64,000 nt of DNA, from the NCBI GenBank assembly GCA_965215365.1, contig CBDCDS010000003.1:288001-352000 (forward strand), read 5' to 3'. Under the pieces are notes generated by a model, which made no database searches, was not told the DNA's origin, and saw nothing but the letters and a program-made list of their open reading frames with translations. The stretch is from Gammaproteobacteria bacterium (lineage in GTDB: Bacteria > Pseudomonadota > Gammaproteobacteria > Eutrophobiales > Eutrophobiaceae). The translations under genes and the position numbers were made by a program. Shown piece by piece: positions 1 through 10,422 of this stretch. Positions within the stretch are counted from its first letter, which is position 1, and the number at the start of each line of letters is the position of its first letter.

Positions 1-1693
1 TGTCGGGGCCGGGTTGCAGCAGGTTGGCCTCCGGCCCGATGGTGGTGGAAACCTGGGTGACCAGTTCCTCACGGATGCCGTCCAGGGGCGGGTTGGTCAC
101 CTGGGCGAACAGCTGTTTGAAATAATCGTACAACAGGCGCGGTCGGTTGGACAGCACGGCCAGCGCTGCGTCGGTGCCCATGGAGCCGATGGGTTCTTCC
201 CCCTTGCCGGCCATGGGCGCCACCAGCAGGCGTAATTCTTCATGGGTATAGCCGAACACCTGCTGGCGTTGCAGCAAGGTGTCGGGGTCGGTGCCGTGAA
301 TATTTTTCGGGTTGGGCAGGTTTTCCAGCGGCATCAGGTTTTGTTTGAGCCACCGGGTATAGGGATGCTCATCGATATAACGCTGTTTCAGTTCGCTGTC
401 GTCGATGATCCGGCCCTCGCGGGTATCGACCAGGAAGATGCGTCCGGGGCGCAAGCGCTCCTTGAGCTTGACATTTTCCGGGGCGACCTCGAGCACGCCG
501 ACCTCGGAGGCCATGATCACCATGTCGTCATGGGTGACGTAATAGCGCGACGGGCGCAAACCGTTGCGGTCCAGCACCGCGCCGATGACCTCGCCGTCGG
601 TAAAGGCGATGGACGCGGGACCATCCCAGGGTTCCATCAGGCAGGCGTGGTATTCGTAAAACGCCTTGCGCTCCTCGCTCATGGTCTCGTGGCCGCTCCA
701 GGCCTCCGGAATCATCATCAGGATGGCATGGGACAGTGGCCGGCCGGTCATGTGCAGGAACTCCATGACGTTGTCGAACACTGCCGAATCGCTGCCGCCT
801 TCGATGACTACCGGGAAGATCTTCTCCAGCTCAGGCCCGAACAGCGCCGAATCACACAGTGCTTCGCGTGCGTGCATCCAGTTGGTGTTGCCGCGCACGG
901 TATTGATCTCGCCGTTGTGGCAGATATAGCGGAACGGGTGCGCCAGCCGCCAGGACGGGAACGTATTGGTGGAAAAGCGCTGGTGCACCAAGGCCAGCGC
1001 GCTTTCCATGTCTGGCGCGGTGAGGTCCGGGAACATGGGCTCGAACTGCGCGCCGGTCAGCATCCCTTTATAGACGAAGGTGCGCCAGGACAGGGATGGG
1101 ATATAAAACAAGTCCTGCTGTTCCAACTCCGAATTGCGGATGGCGTGCTCCACCCGCTTGCGGATGACGTACAGTTTTCTTTCAAACGCGGCCGCGTCGG
1201 GCACGGCGGCGGCGCGCCCGATAAAAACCTGCTGGAAGGTGGGTTCGCCCGCCAGTGCGGTGGGACCGAGTAAGGAATCATCGGTGGGCACGTCACGCCA
1301 GCCGAGCACGGTCTGGCCTTCTTCTTCGATAATGCTGGCAAATACCCGCCGGCACTCCTCGGCCTGGCCCGGGTCACGCGGCAGGAACACCAGTCCGGCG
1401 CCGTAGCGCTCGCTCTCAGGCAGGTCGAACCCGGCCTCGGCACACACGCGCCGGAAAAATTTATCGGGCTTCTGCAGCAACATCCCCACCCCGTCCCCGG
1501 TATTCACCTCGCAACCGCAAGCACCGCGATGCAACAGGTTTTTAAGAATGGTCAGGGCATTCTCGACAATCGCCCGGGACTTACGCCCCTTGATATCCAC
1601 CACAAACCCGACGCCACAGGAATCATGCTCCGTAGCGGGGTCATAAAGCCCTTGGGCAGGGGGCACCTGCCGGTTGTGTATTGGTTTTTGCAT
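1..1693 (-). CDS. gltB: Glutamate synthase large subunit, 5' part (runs off the window start)
   Basis: Manual translation from ATG at 1693 gives [36 protein letters not shown], containing the Ntn amidotransferase CGVGF motif. Downstream motifs [18 protein letters not shown] and EPWDGPA are present on the minus strand. Confidence 0.95.
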   Translation of the reverse strand, partial: MQKPIHNRQVPPAQGLYDPATEHDSCGVGFVVDIKGRKSRAIVENALTILKNLLHRGACGCEVNTGDGVGMLLQKPDKFFRRVCAEAGFDLPESERYGAGLVFLPRDPGQAEECRRVFASIIEEEGQTVLGWRDVPTDDSLLGPTALAGEPTFQQVFIGRAAAVPDAAAFERKLYVIRKRVEHAIRNSELEQQDLFYIPSLSWRTFVYKGMLTGAQFEPMFPDLTAPDMESALALVHQRFSTNTFPSWRLAHPFRYICHNGEINTVRGNTNWMHAREALCDSALFGPELEKIFPVVIEGGSDSAVFDNVMEFLHMTGRPLSHAILMMIPEAWSGHETMSEERKAFYEYHACLMEPWDGPASIAFTDGEVIGAVLDRNGLRPSRYYVTHDDMVIMASEVGVLEVAPENVKLKERLRPGRIFLVDTREGRIIDDSELKQRYIDEHPYTRWLKQNLMPLENLPNPKNIHGTDPDTLLQRQQVFGYTHEELRLLVAPMAGKGEEPIGSMGTDAALAVLSNRPRLLYDYFKQLFAQVTNPPLDGIREELVTQVSTTIGPEANLLQPGPD

Positions 1694-1882
1694 AAGATTC
1701 GCCTGTACCGGCTGGTCGGACATTCCTGGAAACGACCACTCCAAACAGGTGGCAGTGTAACCTATTTGCCGGTCGATGTCACTCTTGGGATCCTCTGAAT
1801 CAAGGATGTACAGCAGGGCAACCGCATACTTTTATATGTCAATGGTATCGTATAAAGGCGCCTCTAAAAATCAGCGGCACCC

Positions 1883-3979
1883 TTATTCCAGACCGAATAA
1901 CCCCAGCAGTTCATTGCGGCTCATGCGTGTTGAAAGGTCCATCGACACATCATCAACCAAGCGCTCGAACAAGGCCTGCTTTCGCTCCAGGATGCGGTCG
2001 ATACGCTCTTCGATGGTATCCTCGCAGGTGTACTTGAGCACATTTACCTTAACTGTCTGGCCCATGCGGTGAGTCCGGTCTTCGGCCTGCCGTTCCAAGG
2101 CCGGGTTCCACCAGCGGTCCAGGTGGAATACGTAGGATGCTTCCTGCAAGTTAAGGCCGAGGCCGCCCGCCCGCAATGATATGAGCAGCGCCTTGTGAGT
2201 GTCTCCGGCCTTGAATCGGTTAATAATGTCTGCGCGGCGTTCCGCTGGCATATCCCCTGTCAAGGTCAACGGATTGAAGGACCGCAGGTGGTTGGCCGCA
2301 GCCGCCACACCCGCGGTATTGCTCGTGTACTGTGAGAAAACCAGGGCCTTGTGGCCCTGAGCCGCCAGTGTCTCCAGCCGGTCAGCGATGTCATCGAGCT
2401 TGCTGGACACGCCGGTCCTGGGGTCGGCATTGCAGATTTGCTTCAACCGGGTAATCAGCTCCAGCACGTGCCTGACACCGACTTCCGCACCAAGCGACCG
2501 CAGGTAAACGATTCCTTCGCGCTCGGCTTTTTCATAACTCTCCCGCTGTTCCCGGTGCAAAGGGATCAGCAACCTGGTTTCCAGCTTAGGCGGGAGCTCG
2601 TCCAGCACGTCTTCTTTCTTGCGCCGCAGCTGCAACTCAGCATGCCGCAGCTGCAACGCCGCGCCGGGGCGATAACGCTGGCGCGGCCGGCCCTGGTCGT
2701 GGTCAACGAACTCCATGATGGATGCCAGTTCCTCCTCGTCGTTCTCAATGGGAGTGCCGGTCAACGCCCATGATCGCGTCCTTGGGATACTCTTCGCGGC
2801 CTCGCTTGTGTCGTTGCGATTCTTGATTTTCTGGGCCTCATCGAGCACGACCACATCCCATAATCCCACCGGGGCCCGGCACGCTGCAAGTAACCCCGCG
2901 TCGGAACGCATGAGGTCGTAGCTGACCAGTGTGACATCCGTTCCAGCCCGCCATTGCCAGGCCCGGTCATCCGCTGACCCGCGGATAATGATTGCGCTGA
3001 GCTCCGGCGCCCAGCGCGCGAGCTCCCGCCGCCACTGGTCCAGCACACCGGCCGGAGCCACCACGAGGCACGACTCAATTTCTCCCCTGACCCTGAGAAT
3101 CCGCAACGCCGCAATGGCCTGCACCGTCTTACCCAGGCCCATATCGTCCGACAGCAACAACCGCTCCAGACTGACCAGGGCTTGAACCCCGTCGTGCTGG
3201 AACGGCATGAGCGCGCAAGGCCACCCCAGCTGCTTGTCCGGCGGCGGCGGAGACGGCGGCAAAGCCGGGCGCGGCGCGGCGAGCACCGCCCACAGCCGTT
3301 CACTCAGTCCGGGTTCGGCGTGTTCTTCCACAGCTGCCACCGGTGCGGGCGCGGGCGTTGCGGAGGTACGGGCTACCTGCATCCCGTTATCCTCCAGGCG
3401 AGGCGGTAACGCAATCACCGTTCTCAACCCGGAGATTGTGGTCAATGCCTGGACACGGGGATCGGTAAACGCTTCCGCCAGACCCCTGGCAGCCCGCTGC
3501 AACGGCTCAAACGGGTCATCCCATCGCATAATCCCGGCGAGTATCCGACCGGCGCCCGATTCCGGTGCGGGAGGACCCGTTACCCAAAGCATTCCAGGGC
3601 CGTCAGGCGCCATACCTGCAGCAGCGTCCTTAGGCGCTACCGATGCCGGGTGAACGCGGCAAAAGGGCAATTCAATACGCAAAGTGTCGAAACGGCGTGA
3701 GGGCATCTCATCCGCCAAGCCGAACAACAGGGCCGGCGTCGCCGCGGACGACCGGAACAAGGACTTGGTCAGGGACAATAACGCGTTCTCACCCGTGGCG
3801 TCCTGCCGCGCCGTTCGGTCGAAGCTGAAGCCGAAGCTGAATCCCAAGGGGTCTCCCCGCACCGAGGTCTCGAACAAGGCGGCGCGCACGCCCCGGCCAC
3901 CCGGTGCGCCGACAAATCGCAGCCACCCGACCGCGCCGGGGCTGCCGGTGCCACTTATGTCGTGGCAGGGAACAGGCAT
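1883..3979 (-). CDS. SNF2-family helicase/ATPase with a unique N-terminal region
   Basis: Motifs LSDDMGLGKT, VVLDEAQKIKN, LTGTPIEN, LVFSQY, GGLGLNL and WWNPALERQAEDRTHRMGQ. Start codon uncertain. Confidence 0.92.
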   Translation of the reverse strand: MPVPCHDISGTGSPGAVGWLRFVGAPGGRGVRAALFETSVRGDPLGFSFGFSFDRTARQDATGENALLSLTKSLFRSSAATPALLFGLADEMPSRRFDTLRIELPFCRVHPASVAPKDAAAGMAPDGPGMLWVTGPPAPESGAGRILAGIMRWDDPFEPLQRAARGLAEAFTDPRVQALTTISGLRTVIALPPRLEDNGMQVARTSATPAPAPVAAVEEHAEPGLSERLWAVLAAPRPALPPSPPPPDKQLGWPCALMPFQHDGVQALVSLERLLLSDDMGLGKTVQAIAALRILRVRGEIESCLVVAPAGVLDQWRRELARWAPELSAIIIRGSADDRAWQWRAGTDVTLVSYDLMRSDAGLLAACRAPVGLWDVVVLDEAQKIKNRNDTSEAAKSIPRTRSWALTGTPIENDEEELASIMEFVDHDQGRPRQRYRPGAALQLRHAELQLRRKKEDVLDELPPKLETRLLIPLHREQRESYEKAEREGIVYLRSLGAEVGVRHVLELITRLKQICNADPRTGVSSKLDDIADRLETLAAQGHKALVFSQYTSNTAGVAAAANHLRSFNPLTLTGDMPAERRADIINRFKAGDTHKALLISLRAGGLGLNLQEASYVFHLDRWWNPALERQAEDRTHRMGQTVKVNVLKYTCEDTIEERIDRILERKQALFERLVDDVSMDLSTRMSRNELLGLFGLE

Positions 3980-4067
3980 GTCAAATCCTCACCTGAACCC
4001 GCAGGGAGCGTATTCCAGCCGGTATCTCTCACTAGGTGACGCGCCCTCACCTGGTGAGAAATGCAGG

Positions 4068-5342
4068 CTAACCCAGCTCGTCACCGGTTGCACTCTCCGG
4101 GCTGTCGTCTTCTTCATAAGGAGTGGTGAAATCCTCGAACTCGGTGTCGGGCCGGTAGCCCGGGTGCAGCCGGCTGAGATCCCATTCGTTAATGGCGGCG
4201 CGCACCTTATAACGCATTCGTCCCTGGAAGCCTGCTCCCCCGGCGGTCGCATCGTAAGGTGGCGGCTGCCAGTCGTAAGCCCTGTTGTACAAACTACGCA
4301 ATGCCTCTACGGCAGCTTTCACGGTGTCGTCACTGGGCGGTTCAAGGGTCAGACAGTCCCGTTCCAGCAGCCGCATGCCGAGCTCGGCGCGGGCGCTGAT
4401 AACGCGGTATTTCGCGCTCTGCTCAAGTCTCGGTCGAACGTAGTCACTATCCTTTTTTTGTCCGTCCGGGCTGATGATGGCAGAGGCAAAATCCTCCGTC
4501 ACCGCGCCGACGACTACCAGGCCAGGATAACTTTCTCCCGGCGCGCGCCCCATCCAGCGCGCAATTTCCGCGTAGGAACGACCGCGCTGTAATATGGAAT
4601 ATGAACCGATCAACTCTATTTCATCCAGAAACACGACCCAACCCCGATAGCCAGCGCTTTTAATCAGTTCGACGGCGAACCGCAACCGCTGCACCGGCAG
4701 GTCAGCGGGTTTCGGCGCACGAAATTTATAGTGTTGCAATTGACCAACCTGTTTCAGCCCGTTACGAAGCCTAGCGAGCAGTATCCGGTCTCCCGCCCAG
4801 AAGGATTCGATCTCGCTGTTGAGCTCTAGGTCCCCCGAATGCTCATGCACGCTCCGGCTGGCGGGAAAGATCATGTTCAAAAGCCCGTCGGAAGCAGCGC
4901 CATCAGCCCAGCGGGAAAAGGCCGCGTATTCTTCGGATTCCGGTTTCATGGACAGCGCGAGTTCTTCGATAAAGCGTCCCCGCCGGTCCGGAATCCGACC
5001 GTTTTCGATGGCTGACGTAAATACCTTCCCCAAGTCATACAGGGGGGTTTCCTTGCTGATGGCCACCCTGCTGCAAACGAAGCCACGGGAGAGAGCAAGA
5101 TGCTCTAGGTGCGCCAGGAGATGGGACTTGCCCGAGCCGAAGTCCCCGGAAATCAACATTCCCCGAGCATCTGCCTCCCGGCTCCGGAGGTCCGCTACGC
5201 CATCCAGCATTCGGCTGAAATGCTCCTCTGCTTGCGGCTGGTTGCAGCCCAATGCGCGCACCGCCTCCCTGTTCGGTACGCCGTTGCGCAAGGCTTCCAC
5301 CGCCCGCCGGGCGGTAAGTTTTTCGTCTGTGCCGGCAGTCAT
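4068..5342 (-). CDS. DUF2791 / BrxD-like P-loop ATPase
   Basis: N-terminal ARRAVEALRNGVP, Walker A GDFGSGKSH, and GYRGWVVFLDEIE Walker B, typical of BREX BrxD/DUF2791 proteins. Confidence 0.85.
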   Translation of the reverse strand: MTAGTDEKLTARRAVEALRNGVPNREAVRALGCNQPQAEEHFSRMLDGVADLRSREADARGMLISGDFGSGKSHLLAHLEHLALSRGFVCSRVAISKETPLYDLGKVFTSAIENGRIPDRRGRFIEELALSMKPESEEYAAFSRWADGAASDGLLNMIFPASRSVHEHSGDLELNSEIESFWAGDRILLARLRNGLKQVGQLQHYKFRAPKPADLPVQRLRFAVELIKSAGYRGWVVFLDEIELIGSYSILQRGRSYAEIARWMGRAPGESYPGLVVVGAVTEDFASAIISPDGQKKDSDYVRPRLEQSAKYRVISARAELGMRLLERDCLTLEPPSDDTVKAAVEALRSLYNRAYDWQPPPYDATAGGAGFQGRMRYKVRAAINEWDLSRLHPGYRPDTEFEDFTTPYEEDDSPESATGDELG

Positions 5343-5354
5343 TGGCTCCGTTCT

Positions 5355-6317
5355 CTATGAGAGCCGTACCAGGGCCGCCACCGGGTTGGCGATGTTTCTG
5401 TCGCGCACATCATCCATCACCCGGGTGCGAAGAGCGGGGTAGATACCCCAGCCCCTCATCGATTGCTCATCGACGAACGTGTAATCGGTCAACGCCACCA
5501 GCAATGTTCCCGGCAAGCGGTCGGCGTCATCGATAAACTCCCTGAGCAGTTCGTAATGTTCTATGGTCATCGCCCGTGTATAGTAGCGCTCCCCGTCCTT
5601 CGGGTTGCGGTGCAGCGTGACGCGAGTGTTGTCCAGAACAATCAGCGTGCCTGAATATCCCGCGTAACGTACCCAATAAAGGGCTGATTCGATGAAATCG
5701 CGCGCGGTAGTGCGGTTGATGGGCGTGTGAATATGGAACGGCTTGATATTGCTTATTCGGGTGTTGGTGCCCGTCAGCCAGTCCAGCAACGGCTGTCCAG
5801 CGTACTCCCCCGTTGTCGCGCGCTCCCTCTCGAAATGGCAGAGATGGGTCATGGCCACCCGAAAGGCCTTGGCCATGTTTGCATTCCTGGTGACCTCGCG
5901 CTCCAAGGCCGGCCTCAACTCGAAGAGGACAGACTGCGCTTCCTCAATGTCGTTGGCGCGAGCCACCGCGTCGATGACGTTGGCCGCGCCGTTGGGGTCG
6001 ATGCCATCGACTCGATAGGCTTGCTTCGATAGCAGGCGCAGCACCACGCGGCGCGCAAGGAGTTGCCAATCGACCTGTGATGCCAGCATGAAAAAGAGGT
6101 CCTGGGGCATGTGGACGCGACAGGTGAGCGCATCCAGCGTCACAAACAGGTACTCCTGCTCGGCGCCAAGGGCTTGCAGCTTCTCTGCAAGCTCCGGCAT
6201 TCGTTCGTTGGCGGTGACTGCGAATTTGACGGTACCGCCGCCATCCTTGATGAACGTTGAGAGGTACTCCCGGTCTATATGGCGCACCCAGTCGGCGACC
6301 GGGATAGCTTGGGTCAT
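5355..6317 (-). CDS. DUF2791-like paralogue with a degenerate P-loop
   Basis: GGGTVKF occupies the Walker A position. It keeps AGYSGTLIVLDN, LREFIDD and YPALRTR, resembling DUF2791 C-terminal motifs. It lies 12 bp from the next gene. Confidence 0.7.
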   Translation of the reverse strand: MTQAIPVADWVRHIDREYLSTFIKDGGGTVKFAVTANERMPELAEKLQALGAEQEYLFVTLDALTCRVHMPQDLFFMLASQVDWQLLARRVVLRLLSKQAYRVDGIDPNGAANVIDAVARANDIEEAQSVLFELRPALEREVTRNANMAKAFRVAMTHLCHFERERATTGEYAGQPLLDWLTGTNTRISNIKPFHIHTPINRTTARDFIESALYWVRYAGYSGTLIVLDNTRVTLHRNPKDGERYYTRAMTIEHYELLREFIDDADRLPGTLLVALTDYTFVDEQSMRGWGIYPALRTRVMDDVRDRNIANPVAALVRLS

Positions 6318-7126
6318 CGGTCACTCCCGCTGAATCGGATTCCATAATACTCGGCGCTATCGCCCTGCGGCCCGATGAAGGAGAACAGGTCGCGGGAACG
6401 CCTGCGGGTCCCGGTAGATGAGGGGAAAGAGACCGTGGCGCCATTCCTGGTGCGACGCGGGCCGTTCGAATCCAGTATGTACAGGTCGCGGGCGAAGTCA
6501 TTGCGATCATAGTCGCGAGCACCCCCCGGGAGAGCTGTCATCAGTTTATAGATCCTGGCAAGCGGCACCACGCTGCCGCTCCCCGACGACAAGGGGTCTG
6601 CAGATGAGCTGTCCGAAATATCGGTGTAAACGCTGTACAAAGACTCAAGAAAACGTTGCGGGGGAAAGCCGCTGGATTTTTTCTGGTTCGCCAAAAGCAG
6701 GTCAACAAGATACGAGGGCCTGACCGCTACAACTCTTTTTTTATCCACTCTCACCGCACGTTCCGCCGCAAGTATCCTGACGATGGAAGGATAAGAGATC
6801 AAGAGTTCATCCTGCTCCTGAATTCTTAACCCCTTTTCGTCGGCAATGGTTTTGATAGCATCGATATACTGCTCACCGAAGAGCAGTTGTTCTTCCTCGT
6901 CCGAGAACGGCCAGCAGGAACCAGCGTTCGAGACCTCTTGGCGGAGCGCGGTCAAGCCCTCATTCAACTTCTCCTGGCAGCGCTTGATGTTTGCTACGTT
7001 GCCAGTCTGCGCGGCTTTCACCAACGCACGCGCCTGTGAGACTACATTGCTGGCGGACTTCTGCGCCGCACCGGCGGCCCTTTCAGTATCACGACAGGCT
7101 TGTTCGAAGCTGACCACTGCGCGCAC
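6314..7126 (-). CDS. Hypothetical protein with an N-terminal helical/coiled region, first conserved gene of the DUF2791-SNF2 operon
   Basis: 270-aa ORF with a 4-bp ATGA overlap with the next gene. Confidence 0.7.
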   Translation of the reverse strand: MRAVVSFEQACRDTERAAGAAQKSASNVVSQARALVKAAQTGNVANIKRCQEKLNEGLTALRQEVSNAGSCWPFSDEEEQLLFGEQYIDAIKTIADEKGLRIQEQDELLISYPSIVRILAAERAVRVDKKRVVAVRPSYLVDLLLANQKKSSGFPPQRFLESLYSVYTDISDSSSADPLSSGSGSVVPLARIYKLMTALPGGARDYDRNDFARDLYILDSNGPRRTRNGATVSFPSSTGTRRRSRDLFSFIGPQGDSAEYYGIRFSGSDR

Positions 7127-7144
7127 TACCGGAGATAACCCGAC

Positions 7145-7474
7145 TCAGTCGGTGCCGTACTTTGCCGGCTCTTCCGCCACGCGGCGACTGAGTAGCGCAT
7201 CGCTCAGCCCCCCCACTAGGCCTTCTAAGTGCGCCATGCGTTCGCGTAACTCGCCTATCGCTGCTCGCGTGGTTTTGAATTTTTCTTGCACGGCTTTGAA
7301 TTGTGCCTGTGTCTCTGCGCGCACGGCTTTGAATTGTGCCTGTGTCTCTGCGCGAAGGGTGCGCGTTTCTTCGCGTTGGGCGCGCTGGCCGTTGAGAATG
7401 AGGCCGGCGAGGGCGATGATGGCGCCGATGAGCGTGATGGCGGCGCTGATGATGGCGATGAGTTCCATGGACAT
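7145..7474 (-). CDS. Small protein with an N-terminal TM helix and coiled coil, copy 1 (109 aa)
   Basis: Hydrophobic MSMELIAIISAAITLIGAIIALAGLIL, RAETQAQFKAV x2, conserved tail LRERMAHLEGLVGGLSDALLSRRVAEEPAKYGTD, and a GGAG RBS. Confidence 0.85.
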   Translation of the reverse strand: MSMELIAIISAAITLIGAIIALAGLILNGQRAQREETRTLRAETQAQFKAVRAETQAQFKAVQEKFKTTRAAIGELRERMAHLEGLVGGLSDALLSRRVAEEPAKYGTD

Positions 7475-7524
7475 GTTCTGTCTCCTCCGTATCCGGTTTG
7501 GTACAACAGGTTATCGTGCTTTCC

Positions 7525-7552
7525 AGTGTAAGGCATCCGGGGGTGTTGTCAA
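7525..7552 (-). promoter_or_regulatory. Sigma70-like promoter carried by every full repeat unit
   Basis: Minus strand TTGACA-N16-TACACT here. It is TTGACA-N16-TATACT in copies 2-4 (e.g. 12739-12766). Confidence 0.7.
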
Positions 7553-7773
7553 TGGTTTTGTGGCGGGTAGAGAGTAGTCTCTGGTACGGGTGACGTGTTA
7601 TCATCAGGTTGTGTTGCCGGATTATACCCTTATACAGGCCATAGGCCTGACAGGCCGCCAGAATTGCGAAAACTACTACTTGCCATCTTGAAGGGAGAGG
7701 TGCCTTTCAATGTCTTTGCTGACCGGAAGCCTATCGAGGAGCACCTGGCCTGCACTCGCGCAGGGGGTAAACC

Positions 7774-10422
7774 ATGAGCGAACAACGTTATACGTATGCG
7801 CGTTTTTGGAAATGTGCCCTACAGGTTAACCCTCATGGTTACAATGAGAATTACCAGGGCAGGGATCATGGCATGGATGCCAGGGTCTATGCGGAGTCTC
7901 TGCGAGATGTCTGCCTGAGTAAAAATATCCAGGTTGTCGGATTTGCGGACCATGGTAGTGTTGCAGATGCGGAAGTTGCTCGCAAGATTCTGGTAGAAGC
8001 TGGTATCGTCGTTTTCCCAGGCTTCGAAGTGGCAACTACGGAGAAAGTTCACTGGGTCTGTCTTTTTCCGGAATCCACCACAGAGCAGCAACTGGAGCGT
8101 TACCTGGGTAAGTTGAATTTGACCAATACTCAGGATGGCGCTCGTCCATCCGACCTGGGCGGACAGAAACTGCTTGCGGCTGTTGAAAATTTAGGAGGGT
8201 TTTGCTATGCCGCTCATGTGACCTCAAATAGCGGTGTCCTGAAAGGCAAGTTCAACAACCTCTGGATAGATCCTCGACTGCGAGCAGCCCAGATCCCTGG
8301 CAAGGTTGATGACCTTCCGCAAGAATACAAGCTGATAGCGCAGAACAAAAATGTTGATTATCACCGTGATAATCGGGTTGCGCTGATTAACGCCAAGGAC
8401 ATCGCAGTACCAGATGACCTCCGTAAGCCTGGCGCAGCAACCTATATTAAGATGACTCGACCTTGCTTTTCATCATTTCTGATGGCATTTAAGGACCCGG
8501 AATCACGGATACGACTTACTGACGAAATGGTAGATCGTCACTACAGCAGGATAGACAGCATTACCATTGAAGGGGGTTACTTTGATGATCTGTCAGCGGA
8601 AATATCAGGTCACCTGAATGGAGTAATTGGAGGCCGAGGCACCGGAAAGTCCACGTTGGTGGAATGTATTCGATATGCGCTGGATGTACCACATAAAGGC
8701 GAAGAGGCAATCCGGCAGGGAGATCAGATCGTCAAGGAAAACCTCGGACGGGCAGGTGGGAGAGTGATCCTGAAACTCAGGTCAGCGTCTAACCACATGA
8801 AGAATTACACAATCATCAGGCGGTATGGCGAACCGCCGCGAGTGATAGATGAGCAGAATAACGAATCACGACTGCATCCCGGTAAGGATCTCCTTCCTGG
8901 TGTAGAGATATATGGTCAAAATGAAATTTACGAATTAGCGAAAAGTCCGGAAGCCTTAACTCGAGTATTGGACCGTTTCCTGCCGGAAAGTACAGGTCAG
9001 CAAGGTCGTCTCAATGCGGCGTATCGTAAACTCAAAGAAAACACTGAACGACTGACTAAGGCGCGGGAGCAAAAAGATGAGATCGAACAGCAAATCGCGC
9101 AGCTTCCCAAGCTCGAAGAACAGGTGAGACAATTTGAGGAACAGGGTTTCGAGGAAAAACTTAAACAAGTGCCTCTGCTGGAAAAGGAACGACAACTTGG
9201 CCCCAGGGTTCTGGATGAAGTAAAATTGGCACGAAATTCTCACCTCGGATTTGCGGAGTCTATCCCAGACCTGGTATTTCTTAGTGATAAAGCTCTTGAA
9301 GGATTGCCTCATGCAGATTTACTGCGAAACGGGCGACAGGTTTTGGAGTCATTGAATGACACTTTGCACAAGAAGCTTACTGAGATTGATCATGCGATAG
9401 GCGGGGCGGAGACGGCTCTTAATGCTATTGTTGGCGAACTTGATACGGCACTTAAGACAGCAGCAAGCCAATTAGAGCAAGAATTTTCCAAGCTCCCCGA
9501 AGTTGCCGGGAAGGAGGGCAAGGAAATCGGACGTGCTTATCAGCGGTTATTGCGGGAGATTGAACAAGTTAGGCCAGCACAGGCGCGGCTGAAAACGGTG
9601 CAGGCGCTTGTCAGAGAGTTGGAACAGAGCCGGCGCAATCTGCTGGGTGAAATATCGGATATGCGTAGCGCTCGCACAGGAGCAAAGCAGAAGGCTATAA
9701 AAAGCCTCAACAAGCGTCTCGCCGGTAAACTTCGGATTGAGCTTGTTCCAGACGGCTTGCGCAAGCCGCTACGGGAATTCCTGCAGGATTTACCAGGGAT
9801 TGGAGAACGCAAAACCCAATGGGTGGACAAGGCTCAGGATTTGACGATATTCGGCCTGGTCGCCGCTATTGCGGAAGGGAAGGAGGCGTTGCTCAGCAAA
9901 GAGTGGGGATTGACATCGGGGCTTGCCGATTCTTTGCTTCGCATGACACCCGGTGACCTGTGTAAGGTGGAAGGAATCGATCTGGAGGAACAAATCAGCC
10001 TAGAGCTCAATGTGTCTCACGCGGGCGAACAGTACAGGCCTTTGGAGCGTCTGTCAACAGGGCAACAATGTACAGCGATACTGCATTTGCTGTTACTCGA
10101 TAATCAAGACCCGCTGATCATGGATCAACCGGAGGATAATCTGGATAACGCCTTTATTGCCGAACGGATAGTTCAGGAACTGCGGGCAGCCAAGACGGAA
10201 CGGCAGTTCCTGTTTGCAACTCATAACGCAAATATTCCAGTGTTCGGTGACGCTGAATGGATAGGCGTGTGTATGGCGACTGATGATCAAGCAGAGATGC
10301 CGAATGAAGCCCAGGGCTCTATTGATATTCCGTCGATTCGTGATCATGTAGCAAGAATTCTGGAAGGTGGAAAGGAGGCATTCATGCAACGCAAAGAGAA
10401 ATACGGGTTTGATTACCAGTGA
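7774..10422 (+). CDS. PHP phosphoesterase fused to an SMC/ABC-type ATPase (TrlF / Ppl-like anti-phage protein)
   Basis: N-terminal ARFWKCALQVNP, FADH, PGFEV and AAHV PHP motifs. Walker A GGRGTGKST, a long coiled coil, then LSTGQQ, LIMDQPEDNLDN and FATHN. Confidence 0.85.
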   Translation: MSEQRYTYARFWKCALQVNPHGYNENYQGRDHGMDARVYAESLRDVCLSKNIQVVGFADHGSVADAEVARKILVEAGIVVFPGFEVATTEKVHWVCLFPESTTEQQLERYLGKLNLTNTQDGARPSDLGGQKLLAAVENLGGFCYAAHVTSNSGVLKGKFNNLWIDPRLRAAQIPGKVDDLPQEYKLIAQNKNVDYHRDNRVALINAKDIAVPDDLRKPGAATYIKMTRPCFSSFLMAFKDPESRIRLTDEMVDRHYSRIDSITIEGGYFDDLSAEISGHLNGVIGGRGTGKSTLVECIRYALDVPHKGEEAIRQGDQIVKENLGRAGGRVILKLRSASNHMKNYTIIRRYGEPPRVIDEQNNESRLHPGKDLLPGVEIYGQNEIYELAKSPEALTRVLDRFLPESTGQQGRLNAAYRKLKENTERLTKAREQKDEIEQQIAQLPKLEEQVRQFEEQGFEEKLKQVPLLEKERQLGPRVLDEVKLARNSHLGFAESIPDLVFLSDKALEGLPHADLLRNGRQVLESLNDTLHKKLTEIDHAIGGAETALNAIVGELDTALKTAASQLEQEFSKLPEVAGKEGKEIGRAYQRLLREIEQVRPAQARLKTVQALVRELEQSRRNLLGEISDMRSARTGAKQKAIKSLNKRLAGKLRIELVPDGLRKPLREFLQDLPGIGERKTQWVDKAQDLTIFGLVAAIAEGKEALLSKEWGLTSGLADSLLRMTPGDLCKVEGIDLEEQISLELNVSHAGEQYRPLERLSTGQQCTAILHLLLLDNQDPLIMDQPEDNLDNAFIAERIVQELRAAKTERQFLFATHNANIPVFGDAEWIGVCMATDDQAEMPNEAQGSIDIPSIRDHVARILEGGKEAFMQRKEKYGFDYQ

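Larger units (their letters stand above)
7144..7558 (-). repeat. Repeat unit copy 1 (promoter + small ORF, terminator absent)
   Basis: Near-identical to copies 2-4 from ctcagtcggtgccgtac to gggtgttgtcaatggtttt. Homology stops at the ORF stop codon. Confidence 0.93.

Noticed and set aside
14-1798. Plus-strand ORFs such as 242..1273
   Set aside because: Antisense shadows of gltB, which the track missed because it runs off the window.
1883-6317. Calling the operon a complete BREX system
   Set aside because: The hallmark PglZ and PglX/BrxC genes are absent from the window.
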